A stretch of 64,000 nucleotides of DNA from Coriobacteriia bacterium. Lineage in GTDB: Bacteria; Actinomycetota; Coriobacteriia; Anaerosomatales; SLCP01. Below are positions 1 through 9,583 of the stretch, piece after piece. How positions within the stretch are numbered: position 1 is the first letter of the stretch; each line of letters starts with the position of its first letter. The notes below the pieces were generated by a model. That model was not told the origin of the DNA. It did not search any database and saw only the letters and a list, made by a program, of their open reading frames with translations. The translations under genes and the position numbers were made by a program. The stretch is taken from positions 19,336-83,335 of the forward strand of contig JAHYJI010000002.1 of assembly GCA_019429145.1 (NCBI GenBank). The letters run 5' to 3'.

Positions 1-1
1 C

Positions 2-388
2 CGTGACGGCAGCGTCATCGTGGTAGAGGGCGAGGCGATCGGAGAGCACCTGCGCGCGCGCGGCGGAGGTCGTTGGGTGAACATCCTCGGGGACGAGACG
101 GGCCTCGGCATCTGGGTGACCGATGCGATGGCCGAGGGCATCGAGTACTTCGGGGACCACCGTCATGACGGGGACATCGTCCGCGTTGTGGGAGTCGTAA
201 ACATCGCCTGCGATCAACACGCGGGGGAGTTCGACGTCCACGCCGAGAGCCTGGCAACGATAGCGGTCGGCGGTCCACGCGAGATGGAGATCCAGCCGAT
301 CAAGGGTGTCGTGGGCGCAGCCGGCATGGTACTCGCGTTCCTGCTCTGGCGCTACTATCGTCAGCGCCGCGAACGGCGAATGCTCTGA
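2..388 (+). CDS. hypothetical membrane-anchored protein, 5' end outside window
   Basis: The frame is open from nt 2 (RDGSVIVVEGE...) into track ORF 20..388. The C-terminus has a hydrophobic GVVGAAGMVLAFLLW segment plus a basic RYYRQRRERR tail. It lies directly upstream of the ABC ATPase/permease pair. I do not recognise the family with confidence. Confidence 0.4.
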   Translation, partial: RDGSVIVVEGEAIGEHLRARGGGRWVNILGDETGLGIWVTDAMAEGIEYFGDHRHDGDIVRVVGVVNIACDQHAGEFDVHAESLATIAVGGPREMEIQPIKGVVGAAGMVLAFLLWRYYRQRRERRML

Positions 389-412
389 CGGATTCCGGGA
401 GGGATCGGGACC

Positions 413-1147
413 GTGTCGACGCCTGCTGATATGTCAGATGCCGTCATCGACCTGCGCGGCGTCGTCAAGGTCTACGACACCGGCGAGGTGCCGTTCACGG
501 CGCTCAAAGGCGTCGATCTGACCGTCAGGAGCGGGGAGTTCGTCGGGCTCGTGGGCAAGTCCGGCTCGGGCAAGACCACGCTCATCAACATGATCACCGG
601 CATAGACCACCCCACCGAGGGCGAGGTCAACGTGGGCGGCACGCCCGTCCACGCGCTCAACGAGAACCAGCTCGCCATGTGGCGAGGCCGCACGATCGGC
701 GTGGTCTTCCAGTTCTTCCAGCTGCTCCCCACGCTGACCGTGATCGAGAACGTCATGCTGCCGATGGACTTCTGCAACATGTACGCATCCGCCGAGCGAC
801 CCGAGCGGGCGATGCACCTGCTCGAGCAGGTCGAGATGGCCGACCAGGCATTCAAGCTTCCCTCCGCGCTCTCGGGCGGCCAGCAGCAGCGCGTGGCGAT
901 CGCCCGGGCGCTCGCCAACGACCCACCGATCCTCGCTGCCGACGAGCCTACCGGCAACCTGGATTCCAAGACCGCCGACGCGGTCTTCCGCCTGTTCGAG
1001 GAGCTCGTCGACGCCCACAAGACGATCGTCATGGTCACGCACGACAGCGACATCGCCGCGCGCGTGAGACGTGCGCTCGTTGTGAGCGACGGCGAGATCG
1101 TCGAGGAGACGGTCCACCGGCCGCGGACCGAGCGGCGAGGCATCTGA
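413..1147 (+). CDS. ABC transporter ATP-binding protein (MacB/LolD/FtsE-like)
   Basis: Walker [11 protein letters not shown], signature [15 protein letters not shown], Walker [14 protein letters not shown]-loop VTHD. Confidence 0.92.
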   Translation: MSTPADMSDAVIDLRGVVKVYDTGEVPFTALKGVDLTVRSGEFVGLVGKSGSGKTTLINMITGIDHPTEGEVNVGGTPVHALNENQLAMWRGRTIGVVFQFFQLLPTLTVIENVMLPMDFCNMYASAERPERAMHLLEQVEMADQAFKLPSALSGGQQQRVAIARALANDPPILAADEPTGNLDSKTADAVFRLFEELVDAHKTIVMVTHDSDIAARVRRALVVSDGEIVEETVHRPRTERRGI

Positions 1148-1148
1148 C

Positions 1149-3548
1149 GTGAGCCCCCGCTGGCGCAAGGTCTGGCGCGATCTCACGGGGCACCGGTTTC
1201 GGACACTGCTCGTAGTGCTCTCGATCGCGGTGGGCATCTTCGCGATCACGGTGGTCATGGGCGGGCGGGGCATCCTGTTGCGAGAGTTCGAGGCGGTGTA
1301 TGCCGAGTCGATGGCACCCACCATCACCTTCGATGTCGACGCAGCAGACTCCTCGGTCGTGCGTGCGGTCGAGCGCGTCGAGGGCGTGCGCATGGCGGAG
1401 GGCCGAAGGACTTTTCCGGTCCGCTTCACCGGCGGGGAGCAGCCCCGCGGGGTACTCTCGGCCGGCTGGGACACCCTTCAGGTCCACGCAGTGGCGAACA
1501 TAGCCACCGCGCGTATAGAGAGGACCACGCTCGAGGCTGGGCGCTCCTGGCCTCCCGGTGCCGGCGAGGTCCTGCTCGAGCGCTCGGTGAATATGATGTC
1601 GGAGTACGAGCCGGGTGACGTCATCACGGTCGAAACCGCGAGCGGCACGCGCGCCACGCTCAATGTGGTCGGGCTGGTTCACGACATCAATGCGTTTCCG
1701 GCACACTTCGTCGCCGGCCCCACCGGCTACGTGTCGATGGAGACGCTCCGTATGCTCGACGAGCCCGACTACTTCAGCACCATCCTGGCAGTGGCCGAGG
1801 GTGAGCCCACCCAGGCCGAGGCGAGCCGGCTCGCCATGAGCATCCGCGACGACGTCTTGATCTCGCGTGGCGTGCGCGTGATGAGGACGAGCGTGCCCGA
1901 GCCGGGCAGCCACTTCCTCGGCGACATCTTCCGAGGGGTCTCTCTCCTGCTGCTCGCGCTGGGAGTCCTGAGCCTGTTCCTCTCCGGGTTCCTCGTGGTG
2001 ACGACGGTGCAGGCGATCATGTCGCAGCAGGTCAGTCAGGTCGGCATCATGAAGGCCATCGGGGGACGGGCCGACCAGGTCACCTGGATGTACCTGGTGA
2101 TGGTGACCGTGTACGGGCTGTTTGCGGTGGTCGTCGGCATGCCTGCCGGAGCGGCTGCGGGCCGCTGGTTCACGGGCTTCGCCGCAGACCTGCTCAACTT
2201 CCGGGTGACGTCTTATGCGCCGCCGGCCTACGTCGTAGCGCTCGGAGTCGCGGTCGGCATCGCCGTTCCGCTCCTTGCGGCGATCGTTCCGGTCCGTGCG
2301 GGGACGCGTATCAGCGTGGTAAAGGCGCTGAATGCGACCGGCATGTCCGGGACGTCCTTCGGTCACGGGCTGATCGACCGCGCGCTCGGGCTGCTCCGCG
2401 GCCTTCCGCGGCCGGTCGCGCTCTCGCTGCGTAACACGTTCCTGCGCAAGGGGCGCCTCGCTCTCACGCTTATCACGCTGACGCTCGCCTCGGCGGTGGT
2501 CATGTCGGTGATGAGCGTGCGGACGTCGATACTCGCCACCGTCGACGAGGTCGACATGTGGCGCTTCGATGCGCAGTTCTACTTCGCGCTGCCCCAGAGC
2601 GCCGAGGCGGTCGATCGCATCGCATCGCGAGTCGAGGGGGTGGTGGCGGTCTCGAGCATGCCCGAGTACCGCGCGGTGCTTTCGCGTGCCGACGGAAGCG
2701 AGTCCGACGGCATCGACATCATCGGCGTAGTGCCGGAATCGGACTTCGTCGCCCCGCGCGTCACCGCAGGCCGGTGGCTGGAGCCGACGGACGCATCGGC
2801 GATCGTCCTGAACTCCGATGTAGTCAAGAGCGAGCCTGAGCTCGCGGTCGGTACGAACGCGACGTTCAACCTGCTCGGCGAGGAGCGTGACTTCGAGGTG
2901 GTCGGTGTCGTGACGGCGGGGCTTATGGGGCCCGTTGCGTTCACGCCCTCCGGTTACCTCGACTCGCTGGCAGGAGGGACCGGAGCGGTCACCCGGCTCC
3001 AGGTCCGAACGCCGACCTCCGAGCCGACCGAGCAGATGCGGGTCGCGCGCCTGGTGGAGCAGAGGCTCGAGGAGCGGTCCGTTCCGGTTGCATTCACGCA
3101 GACGCAGAGCGAGCAGCGCGATCAGGTCGCCAGCCAGCTCGGAATCCTCGTGACCTTCCTCGCCATCATGGGGGTGATCCTCTCGGTCGTGGGTGTGATC
3201 GGCCTGACCGGCACGATGACGATCAACGTGCTCGAGAGCACGCGCGAGATCGGAGTGATGCGGGCGATCGGTGCCTCGCACGGCTCGATCTACCAGATCT
3301 TCGTGACCGAAGGCGTGGTCATCGCGCTCATCGCCTGGGCGCTCGGCGCGCTGATCTCGTATCCTATGAGCTTTCTTCTGCTCGACATGCTGGAGACGGC
3401 GATGGGGCTCCCGTTGACCTTCGAGTACTCGTGGGCGGGCGTGGGCATCTGGCTTGTGGCGGTGGTCGTGATAGCCGTCGGCGCGAGCCTGCTCCCCGCC
3501 TTCCGTGCGGCGCAGGTCAGCGTGCGCGACGCGATCGCTTATGAGTAG
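1149..3548 (+). CDS. ABC transporter permease, duplicated FtsX/MacB-type
   Basis: 799 aa. Two FtsX-like 4-TM bundles (around IMKAIGGRADQV and VMRAIGASHGSIYQIF) separated by large extracytoplasmic domains. The start is 2 nt after the ATPase stop. Confidence 0.88.
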   Translation: MSPRWRKVWRDLTGHRFRTLLVVLSIAVGIFAITVVMGGRGILLREFEAVYAESMAPTITFDVDAADSSVVRAVERVEGVRMAEGRRTFPVRFTGGEQPRGVLSAGWDTLQVHAVANIATARIERTTLEAGRSWPPGAGEVLLERSVNMMSEYEPGDVITVETASGTRATLNVVGLVHDINAFPAHFVAGPTGYVSMETLRMLDEPDYFSTILAVAEGEPTQAEASRLAMSIRDDVLISRGVRVMRTSVPEPGSHFLGDIFRGVSLLLLALGVLSLFLSGFLVVTTVQAIMSQQVSQVGIMKAIGGRADQVTWMYLVMVTVYGLFAVVVGMPAGAAAGRWFTGFAADLLNFRVTSYAPPAYVVALGVAVGIAVPLLAAIVPVRAGTRISVVKALNATGMSGTSFGHGLIDRALGLLRGLPRPVALSLRNTFLRKGRLALTLITLTLASAVVMSVMSVRTSILATVDEVDMWRFDAQFYFALPQSAEAVDRIASRVEGVVAVSSMPEYRAVLSRADGSESDGIDIIGVVPESDFVAPRVTAGRWLEPTDASAIVLNSDVVKSEPELAVGTNATFNLLGEERDFEVVGVVTAGLMGPVAFTPSGYLDSLAGGTGAVTRLQVRTPTSEPTEQMRVARLVEQRLEERSVPVAFTQTQSEQRDQVASQLGILVTFLAIMGVILSVVGVIGLTGTMTINVLESTREIGVMRAIGASHGSIYQIFVTEGVVIALIAWALGALISYPMSFLLLDMLETAMGLPLTFEYSWAGVGIWLVAVVVIAVGASLLPAFRAAQVSVRDAIAYE

Positions 3549-3653
3549 CGGCCGCACCCGGTTATCCCGACCGACAGCTGGGTAGAGTCCACGGTGGCGA
3601 GGCGAATCCGCCCCGGACGCGTTCTTCATGCCGGCCAAGAAGAGGTGAGAGCA

Positions 3654-3803
3654 GTGAAGAATCGAAGGTCCGTCCCCCTAGCCGCGTTGACCCTCCTCCT
3701 TCTCAGTGCGTTGCTGCTGGCGGTGGGCTGTGCCCCGACGGCTGGCGACGATCAGGCCACACCGATCGAGATCCCCGGAGACGACACGACTACCGATGAG
3801 TAA
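3654..3803 (+). CDS. small putative lipoprotein
   Basis: GTG start after the RBS-like aagaagaggtgaga. Signal peptide plus lipobox: VKNRRSVPLAALTLLLLSALLLAVGC. The mature part is short and acidic. No homology recognised. Confidence 0.4.
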   Translation: MKNRRSVPLAALTLLLLSALLLAVGCAPTAGDDQATPIEIPGDDTTTDE

Positions 3804-3811
3804 CGGATCCT

Positions 3812-4603
3812 CTAGGCATCCATCTCCACAGCCGAGACCAGGAAACCGTCACCGTCACGCTCGAGTGAGATGTTGAGCTGGAACTGCGAGTCCGTGAACT
3901 CCACCGTGTCGCTCATGCGGATGAAGACCCAGTACGCGCCCTCCATCTCAGAGATGTTGTTGATCTGTGCGAAGACGACGCCGCCGGTGCGTAGATAGTC
4001 GGCAGGCCGGTCCGCGATCCTCGCTGCGAGGTCCCCGGTCGCGAGTGCCTGCAGCGCTCCGACGTCACCGGCGTACATCGCGCGCACGAACTCCATGGCA
4101 CGCTCCTGCGCAGCGCGGTTGTCCGCCTCGTCCAGCACCGGCTCGGTCTCGACAAGGACCATCTCGGAGCCGCCGATCTCTGCAAGGCGCGTCTCCAGTT
4201 CCTCGACCTGATCGCTGAGCTGCTCAGCGTCTCGCTCGAGCGCCGCGATCTCACGCGCAACCGGCAATATCTTGACCTGCCGCGCGAGTGCCGGTACCGC
4301 GAGCAGGGTGGCCGAGACGAGCGAGAGTGCCGCGAACGTGGCAGCGACCGCGACCCACCTGTGCTGGGCGGTCCTGCGCTCGCGTGCTGCATGCCGCGCG
4401 AGAGCGGGCGCGCTCCACGCCCGGGCGGGCTGAAACGCGTCACCGAGGTCGATCAGCTCGCCGACGAGGACGCGCGTGTCCTCGTATGCCACCCGGCAGC
4501 GCGCACACGTCTCCAGGTGGTCGGCCACGCCGCTCGCGGTCGTATCATCAAGCTCTCCGCGAATGTAGGACTCGAGGAGCTCGTCGATATCTCTACAGTT
4601 CAT
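3812..4603 (-). CDS. anti-sigma factor (zf-HC2 type), single-pass membrane protein
   Basis: N-terminal H-x3-C-x2-C motif (ADHLETCARCRVAYED), a central TM segment (WVAVAATFAALSLVSATLLAV) and a coiled-coil external part. It overlaps the upstream ECF sigma gene by 11 nt. Confidence 0.85.
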   Translation of the reverse strand: MNCRDIDELLESYIRGELDDTTASGVADHLETCARCRVAYEDTRVLVGELIDLGDAFQPARAWSAPALARHAARERRTAQHRWVAVAATFAALSLVSATLLAVPALARQVKILPVAREIAALERDAEQLSDQVEELETRLAEIGGSEMVLVETEPVLDEADNRAAQERAMEFVRAMYAGDVGALQALATGDLAARIADRPADYLRTGGVVFAQINNISEMEGAYWVFIRMSDTVEFTDSQFQLNISLERDGDGFLVSAVEMDA

Positions 4604-5126
4604 CGTGTACCTCCGTGCTCTCGGCGCCGAGCGAGTCCTTGAGTCGCCCGAGCGCCCGGTTGATCCGGGACTTGACCGTTCCCGAGGGCACGCCGAGTAT
4701 CCCGGCGATGTCGTCGATCCTCAGGTCCGAGAAGTAACGCAGTGCGATGACGGTGCGGTGGTTCTCGTCGAGCAGACGAACGGCCTCGGCCAGGTCCAGC
4801 GCCGACTCCGGTCCGATGAACTCGTGAGCTTCTCGTTCGGGGACCGCTTCGACGACCACCAGCCGGCGTGTCTTGCGGTGTGCCGTGTGACACTTGTTCA
4901 CGACTATCCGGACCATCCACGGCCGGAAGCTGGACGGGTCACGAAGCGTCCCGATCTTCGCCCATGCCTCCAGGAATGCATCCTGGCAGGCATCCGAGGC
5001 GTCCCAGCTCGAACCGAGGATGGAGTACGCGGTGGCATACAAGCGACGTTCGTTGCGCCGTACGAGCGCAGCGAAGGCACGCTCGTCGCCCTTCTGCGCC
5101 GATCGTACGAGCATCGCGTCGTCCAC
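4593..5126 (-). CDS. RNA polymerase ECF (sigma-70 family group 4) sigma factor
   Basis: Region 2 (FAALVRRNERRLYATAYSILGSSWDASDACQDAFLEAW) and region 4 HTH (RTVIALRYFSDLRIDDIAGILGVPSGTVKSRINRAL). The track ORF runs to 5273. I prefer GTG at 5126, which has a GGAGGTGG SD 7 nt upstream. ATG at 5114 is also possible. Confidence 0.85.
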   Translation of the reverse strand: MDDAMLVRSAQKGDERAFAALVRRNERRLYATAYSILGSSWDASDACQDAFLEAWAKIGTLRDPSSFRPWMVRIVVNKCHTAHRKTRRLVVVEAVPEREAHEFIGPESALDLAEAVRLLDENHRTVIALRYFSDLRIDDIAGILGVPSGTVKSRINRALGRLKDSLGAESTEVHDEL

Positions 5127-5317
5127 GCGTCCACCTCCTTCTCGAACCGCTGTCCGATGCATATGACGCTTCTGGTCCAGCATATCGTTCCGTTCGAAGA
5201 CGGGTTGCATCGGTGTCACCGGAGATGGCGACCGTGGCGGTCTTCCCGCTTTTCCGGTTATGCCTGGTACCATAGCCCGGGCACGCTGTGTTCTACCTGT
5301 CGAGGAGGACTTGTCTC

Positions 5318-6409
5318 ATGACGCTGCCGCTCTTCGAGCGCTACCCGGGAACCGCCGCGCTGCCGCTGGCTGGGATCGCCGAGCTTCCGACGCCGCTCGA
5401 GCAGCTCTCCATCGAGGGTGTTGACGCAGTTGTCGGCGGTCTGTGGGTCAAGCGCGACGATCTGACCAACCCGGTCTACGGCGGCAACAAGGTCCGCAAG
5501 CTCGACTTCCTCCTCGGCAAGGCGCTGGCCGAGGAGAGGCCAGCGGTCATCACCTTCGGCGCGTATGGGTCAAACCACGCGCTTGCCACCGCGGTGCACG
5601 CACGCGCACTCGGCATCGAGCCGCACATCGTGCTCTCTCCCCAGGCTCCGACCGCCTACGCCGCTGCGACGGTGCTGGCGCACGCCGGGCTCGGGACACA
5701 CCTCCACCTGGTCGAGGGCTGGGAAGGGCTACGGGAAGCCGTCCGGGTACGGCAGGAGCTCACTGCCCGCGACGGAGTCGAGCCGCTCGTGATTCCGATG
5801 GGTGGCACCAACGCGCTGGGTGCCACGGGCTACGTGAACGCGGCGTTTGAGGTCGGCGAGCGGTTCGGCTCGGTCTACGTTGCAGCCGGCACTCTCGGCA
5901 CCGCGGTGGGCCTGGCGATCGGATTTGCGGCCGCAGGTTCTCCCGCGCGCGTGGTTGGCGTGCGGGTGACTCCGGCGCAGATCGCCAACGAGGAGGTAGC
6001 GCGCTCGCTGGCGGCCGAGACGATCGCGCTCTTGCGCTCGCTCGACCCGTCCTTCCCGGACCTGCGCTTCGAGGACCTGCACTTCGAGTTGCGCGACGAG
6101 TTCTACGAGCCCGGTTACGCCGTCCCTACCGCTCAGACCGAGGCTGCGGTTGCGGTTGCCGGGGAGGCGGGCCTTCGCCTCGAGACCACGTACACCGGCA
6201 AGGCGATGCAGGCACTCGGCTCCGACGTGCGCAGGGGTGTGCTGCCCGAGGGCGAAGTACTATTCTGGGACACGTACCATTCGGGCCCGAAACCGGCACC
6301 GGGACCCGTTGACGCACTGCCGGTCACGCTGCAGGAGTACGTCGCCGAGTGCGATAGCCTCTTCGGCGCTGTCACTAAGGTGCACGAGACGGAGGGAGGC
6401 GCCGGATGA
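5318..6409 (+). CDS. PLP-dependent D-cysteine desulfhydrase / ACC deaminase family protein
   Basis: GGNKVRKLDFLL motif carrying the PLP lysine, tryptophan-synthase-beta fold family. ATG at 5318 is preceded by gaggagga. Confidence 0.85.
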   Translation: MTLPLFERYPGTAALPLAGIAELPTPLEQLSIEGVDAVVGGLWVKRDDLTNPVYGGNKVRKLDFLLGKALAEERPAVITFGAYGSNHALATAVHARALGIEPHIVLSPQAPTAYAAATVLAHAGLGTHLHLVEGWEGLREAVRVRQELTARDGVEPLVIPMGGTNALGATGYVNAAFEVGERFGSVYVAAGTLGTAVGLAIGFAAAGSPARVVGVRVTPAQIANEEVARSLAAETIALLRSLDPSFPDLRFEDLHFELRDEFYEPGYAVPTAQTEAAVAVAGEAGLRLETTYTGKAMQALGSDVRRGVLPEGEVLFWDTYHSGPKPAPGPVDALPVTLQEYVAECDSLFGAVTKVHETEGGAG

Positions 6410-7434
6410 CGCGCCGCGTGAGCTTCGGGTCCGACAACCATTCCGGGGTACACCCGCGTGTGATGGAGGCGATCGCGCGCGCCAACGAGGGGCACGTCCA
6501 CGCCTACGGCGACGACCCCTGGACCGCCGAGGCGATCGGTCATCTCCGCTCGGTCCTCGGCGACGACATCGACGTGGCGTTCACTTTCAACGGGACCGGC
6601 GCCAACGTCGTCACGCTTGCCACTATCTGCCGCCCGTGGGAGTCGGTCATCTGCGCCGAGACGGCGCACATCAACGTCGACGAGTGTGCGGCGCCCGAAC
6701 GGATCGCAGGAGTAAAGCTCGTGCCGGTCGCCACGCCCGACGGCAAGCTGACACCCGAGCTCGTGCGCCCTCACCTCACCGGATTCGGGTTCCAGCACCA
6801 CGCCCAGCCGCGCGTGATCTCGGTGTCGCAGGCCAGCGAGTACGGCACCGTCTACACCGTGGGAGAGCTGCGCGCACTGGCCGACCTGGCACACGCTCAC
6901 GGAATGCTCCTGCACGTCGACGGGGCACGCTTCGCCAACGCGGTCGCGCATCTCGGGTGCACCCCCGCCGCGATGCTCGAAGACGGCGGAGTCGATGCGC
7001 TCTCGTTCGGCGGCACCAAGAACGGCATGCTCCTCGGTGAAGCGGTCGTACTCATCCACGGCGCGCCCGCCGACACGCTGGCGTTCGTGCGCAAGCAGTG
7101 CGGACAGCTCGCCAGCAAGATGCGCTTCGTCGCCGCGCAGTTCAGCGCGATGCTCGCCGACGGGCTCTGGCTCGAGACCGCCGCCCATGCGAACGCGATG
7201 GCCGCGCGGATCGCCGAGGGTGTGCAGACGCTGGGGGTGGAGGTCACGCAGCCCGTTCAGGCCAACGAGGTCTTCGCGCTGCTGCCCGCTGACCGCACGC
7301 CGCAGCTGGCGGAGCGGTTCGGCTTCTACACGTGGGACACGGCCCGCGGCGAGGTGCGGCTGGTGACCTCGTGGGACACGCAGCCGGAGGACGTCGATGC
7401 CCTCGTGGCGGCGGTGCGCGAGATCATCTCGTAA
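6406..7434 (+). CDS. ltaE: low-specificity L-threonine aldolase (beta-eliminating lyase family)
   Basis: FGSDNHSGVHPRVMEAI, TFNGTGANV and the SFGGTKNG PLP-lysine motif. 4-nt overlap with the upstream gene. Confidence 0.85.
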   Translation: MTRRVSFGSDNHSGVHPRVMEAIARANEGHVHAYGDDPWTAEAIGHLRSVLGDDIDVAFTFNGTGANVVTLATICRPWESVICAETAHINVDECAAPERIAGVKLVPVATPDGKLTPELVRPHLTGFGFQHHAQPRVISVSQASEYGTVYTVGELRALADLAHAHGMLLHVDGARFANAVAHLGCTPAAMLEDGGVDALSFGGTKNGMLLGEAVVLIHGAPADTLAFVRKQCGQLASKMRFVAAQFSAMLADGLWLETAAHANAMAARIAEGVQTLGVEVTQPVQANEVFALLPADRTPQLAERFGFYTWDTARGEVRLVTSWDTQPEDVDALVAAVREIIS

Positions 7435-7455
7435 CGCGTCCCTCCGGGGGCGGCG

Positions 7456-8712
7456 CTAACGCGCCACGATCCGGTAGAGGGCGCCGCGGAAGTCGACCAG
7501 GTACAGCTCACCCTCGCTGTCCTCGCCGAACGAGACCACCTGCATGCCGGTCTCCGCGAGTTCGCGGTTCTCGGTCCCGCTCGCCGAGCGCACGAGACCC
7601 CAGACGCGCCCGGTCACGTAGTCGCCGTAGAGGTAGACGCCGACCATCTGCGGAAACTCCGAGCCCCGGTAGACGTACCCGCCGGTCACCGAACGGCCGA
7701 TGGGGTGGCGGTACTCGACGATGGGCCACGCGAAGTCGTTCTGGTCCTCGGTCACCGTCCGGCCCTCCGGATACGCAGAGGTTCCCTCGAACAGGTTCCA
7801 TCCCCAGTTCTCGCCGCCGCGGCTGCTCGCCGGTTGGAAGTTGATCTCCTCCACCGCGTTCTGGCCCACGTCTCCGATCCACAGGTCGCCCGTCTCCCGG
7901 TCGAAGGAGAAGCGCCACGGGTTACGCAGGCCGTACGACCAGATCTCTGGAAGGCCTTCCTCCCCGTCGGCGAACGGGTTGTCGGCCGGGATCGTGTAGC
8001 CGTTCCCGTCGGTCTCGGTGCTGCGTCCGGGGGCTTCGCCGACGTCGAGACGGAGCATCGCCCCGAGAGGCGTGAAGAGGTCCTGCCCGTTGCCCATCGG
8101 GTCGCCACCGGAGCCGCCGTCACCGAGGCTCGTGTAGAGATAGCCGTCGGGGCCGAACACGATGTGACCGCCGTTATGGTTGGCGTACGGCTGGGTCACG
8201 CGCAGCAGTACCGACTCGCTCTCCCGGTCAACGATCGGGCCATCCTCACGGAAGCGCGAGATGACGCTTGCGCCGCCCGGGTCCGTGTAGCTCACGTAGA
8301 AACGTCCGTGCTCGGCGAAGTCCCGCGGAAACGCCACGCCGAGGAGCCCCCGCTCGGACTCGGTGCTGACCGAGTCGGACAGATCGAGGTAGGGCTCGGG
8401 TGCGATCTTGCCATCGCTGACGACCTTGAGCAGGCCACCCTTCTCGGCGACGAAGAGCCGTCCGGACCCGTCATTGGCGTCGACCACCAGGAGGGGTTGC
8501 GAGAAGCCATCCGCTACCGGTTCGAACTCGATTTTGAGTCCGGCCAGGTCGGGTGCGGACTCTGGTGTGGTCGTGGCTTCGGAGGGAAGCGGCTGCGGCT
8601 CCCGGTCTACCACGACGGGATCTGCGCCCCCCGCGCAGCCGGCCACGAGCGCCGACGCCACCACGACGGCCATCCCCGTCAGCACCCTGCGCACTCCCGG
8701 CATCGTACTCAT
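7456..8712 (-). CDS. PQQ-dependent sugar (glucose/sorbosone) dehydrogenase family lipoprotein
   Basis: Lipobox LVAGCAG. Beta-propeller motifs HNGGHIVFGPDGYLY, GLRNPWRFSFD and GDVGQN. Confidence 0.85.
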   Translation of the reverse strand: MSTMPGVRRVLTGMAVVVASALVAGCAGGADPVVVDREPQPLPSEATTTPESAPDLAGLKIEFEPVADGFSQPLLVVDANDGSGRLFVAEKGGLLKVVSDGKIAPEPYLDLSDSVSTESERGLLGVAFPRDFAEHGRFYVSYTDPGGASVISRFREDGPIVDRESESVLLRVTQPYANHNGGHIVFGPDGYLYTSLGDGGSGGDPMGNGQDLFTPLGAMLRLDVGEAPGRSTETDGNGYTIPADNPFADGEEGLPEIWSYGLRNPWRFSFDRETGDLWIGDVGQNAVEEINFQPASSRGGENWGWNLFEGTSAYPEGRTVTEDQNDFAWPIVEYRHPIGRSVTGGYVYRGSEFPQMVGVYLYGDYVTGRVWGLVRSASGTENRELAETGMQVVSFGEDSEGELYLVDFRGALYRIVAR

Positions 8713-8804
8713 CCTCTCGGCTGGCGACCTCTATCCCGTTTCTTCCCGAAGTAGGTGGGAGGCATGTACAATCGGCGGCACCCGGGAGCGAAAGAGGATC
8801 TTTC

Positions 8805-9032
8805 GTGAGCAAGAGCTGCGAACTGAAGGCCGCCAACGGCGTGCTCGCCCACTGCGATGAGGAGCGCTGCGTGTACTGGCGCGTCGTCGACCACCTGGAC
8901 CTTGCGGCGCCGGTCAACGGATGCGCAGTCCAGTACTTCGAGCTGCTCGGTGAGGACGGTGCTCCGGTGGCATCGTGGCTCCTGAGCGTGAAGGAGCGCG
9001 TCGAGGGCGTGGAGCAGCAGCGGGACGAGTGA
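8805..9032 (+). CDS. small Cys-containing hypothetical protein
   Basis: GTG start after the aaagagga RBS. 75 aa: VSKSCELKAANGVLAHCDEERCVYWRVV...NGCAVQYFELLGEDG, with four Cys. No family recognised. Confidence 0.35.
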   Translation: MSKSCELKAANGVLAHCDEERCVYWRVVDHLDLAAPVNGCAVQYFELLGEDGAPVASWLLSVKERVEGVEQQRDE

Positions 9033-9081
9033 ACGAAGCCGGGTGCAGGCGCATCCGATGAGTCTGGCGTACCATGCCCGT

Positions 9082-9582
9082 ATGCTCTTTCTGGTTGACG
9101 GATATAACGTGACGCTGGCCGATCCGGCGACGAGATCGCTGGAGATCGACGAGCAACGAGATCGGCTCGTCGCCCGGCTCCGCGCACGGGGCGGGCAGCT
9201 GCTCGGGGCCGGGCGCATCGTCGTGGTCTTCGACGGTGCTGAAGGCACGGGCATCACAGCGGCTACCCTCGCTCCGATCGACGTGCGATTCTCGCGGGGC
9301 GAGCAGGCCGACGATCTCGTGGTTCGCCTCGCGACCGGAGCGCACGAGAAGGTCTGCCTGGTAAGCTCCGATGTGGCGCTTGCCGCCCGCGTGCGCGCGG
9401 CGGCATCCCGTGGTGTCGAGGTGCGCGGGCGTGAGGCCGTGTTCGAGGCGGCCGGCAGGGGAGACCGGCGGCGTCGCCGCGGTCAGGCACCAGACGCAGG
9501 CTCGCTCGGCGTGCCGCCCGGGGGCAGGGGCATCACGAGGGAGCTCGAGAAGTTGTGGCTCGACGAGGAGGACGAGGGGTAG
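9082..9582 (+). CDS. NYN-domain (YacP-like) RNA-binding/ribonuclease family protein
   Basis: MLFLVDGYNV...VVFDG...SRGEQADDLV...VCLVSSD pattern, typical of YacP/Rae1-like NYN proteins. Confidence 0.7.
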   Translation: MLFLVDGYNVTLADPATRSLEIDEQRDRLVARLRARGGQLLGAGRIVVVFDGAEGTGITAATLAPIDVRFSRGEQADDLVVRLATGAHEKVCLVSSDVALAARVRAAASRGVEVRGREAVFEAAGRGDRRRRRGQAPDAGSLGVPPGGRGITRELEKLWLDEEDEG

Positions 9583-9583
9583 G

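Noticed and set aside
386-415. Possible Sec readthrough joining ORF 20..388 to the ABC ATPase ORF. Both are in the same frame, separated by TGA.
   Set aside because: The two products are unrelated proteins (a membrane-anchored tail versus a complete ATPase). A GGAGGGA RBS precedes GTG 413, and I found no SECIS-like hairpin after the TGA. Sharing a frame has a 1-in-3 chance.
1035-3638. 867-aa minus-strand ORF, and similar long antisense ORFs (434..1474, 11550..14240, 14265..15431, 16201..18207, 23207..24799, 26605..27789, 42090..43397, 54784..56178, 60229..61947, 62863..63939).
   Set aside because: Each lies opposite a gene with strong, recognisable family motifs. Their translations are Arg/Pro/His/Gly-rich, low-complexity strings typical of stop-poor antisense frames in high-GC DNA. 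They have no motifs and no RBS context.
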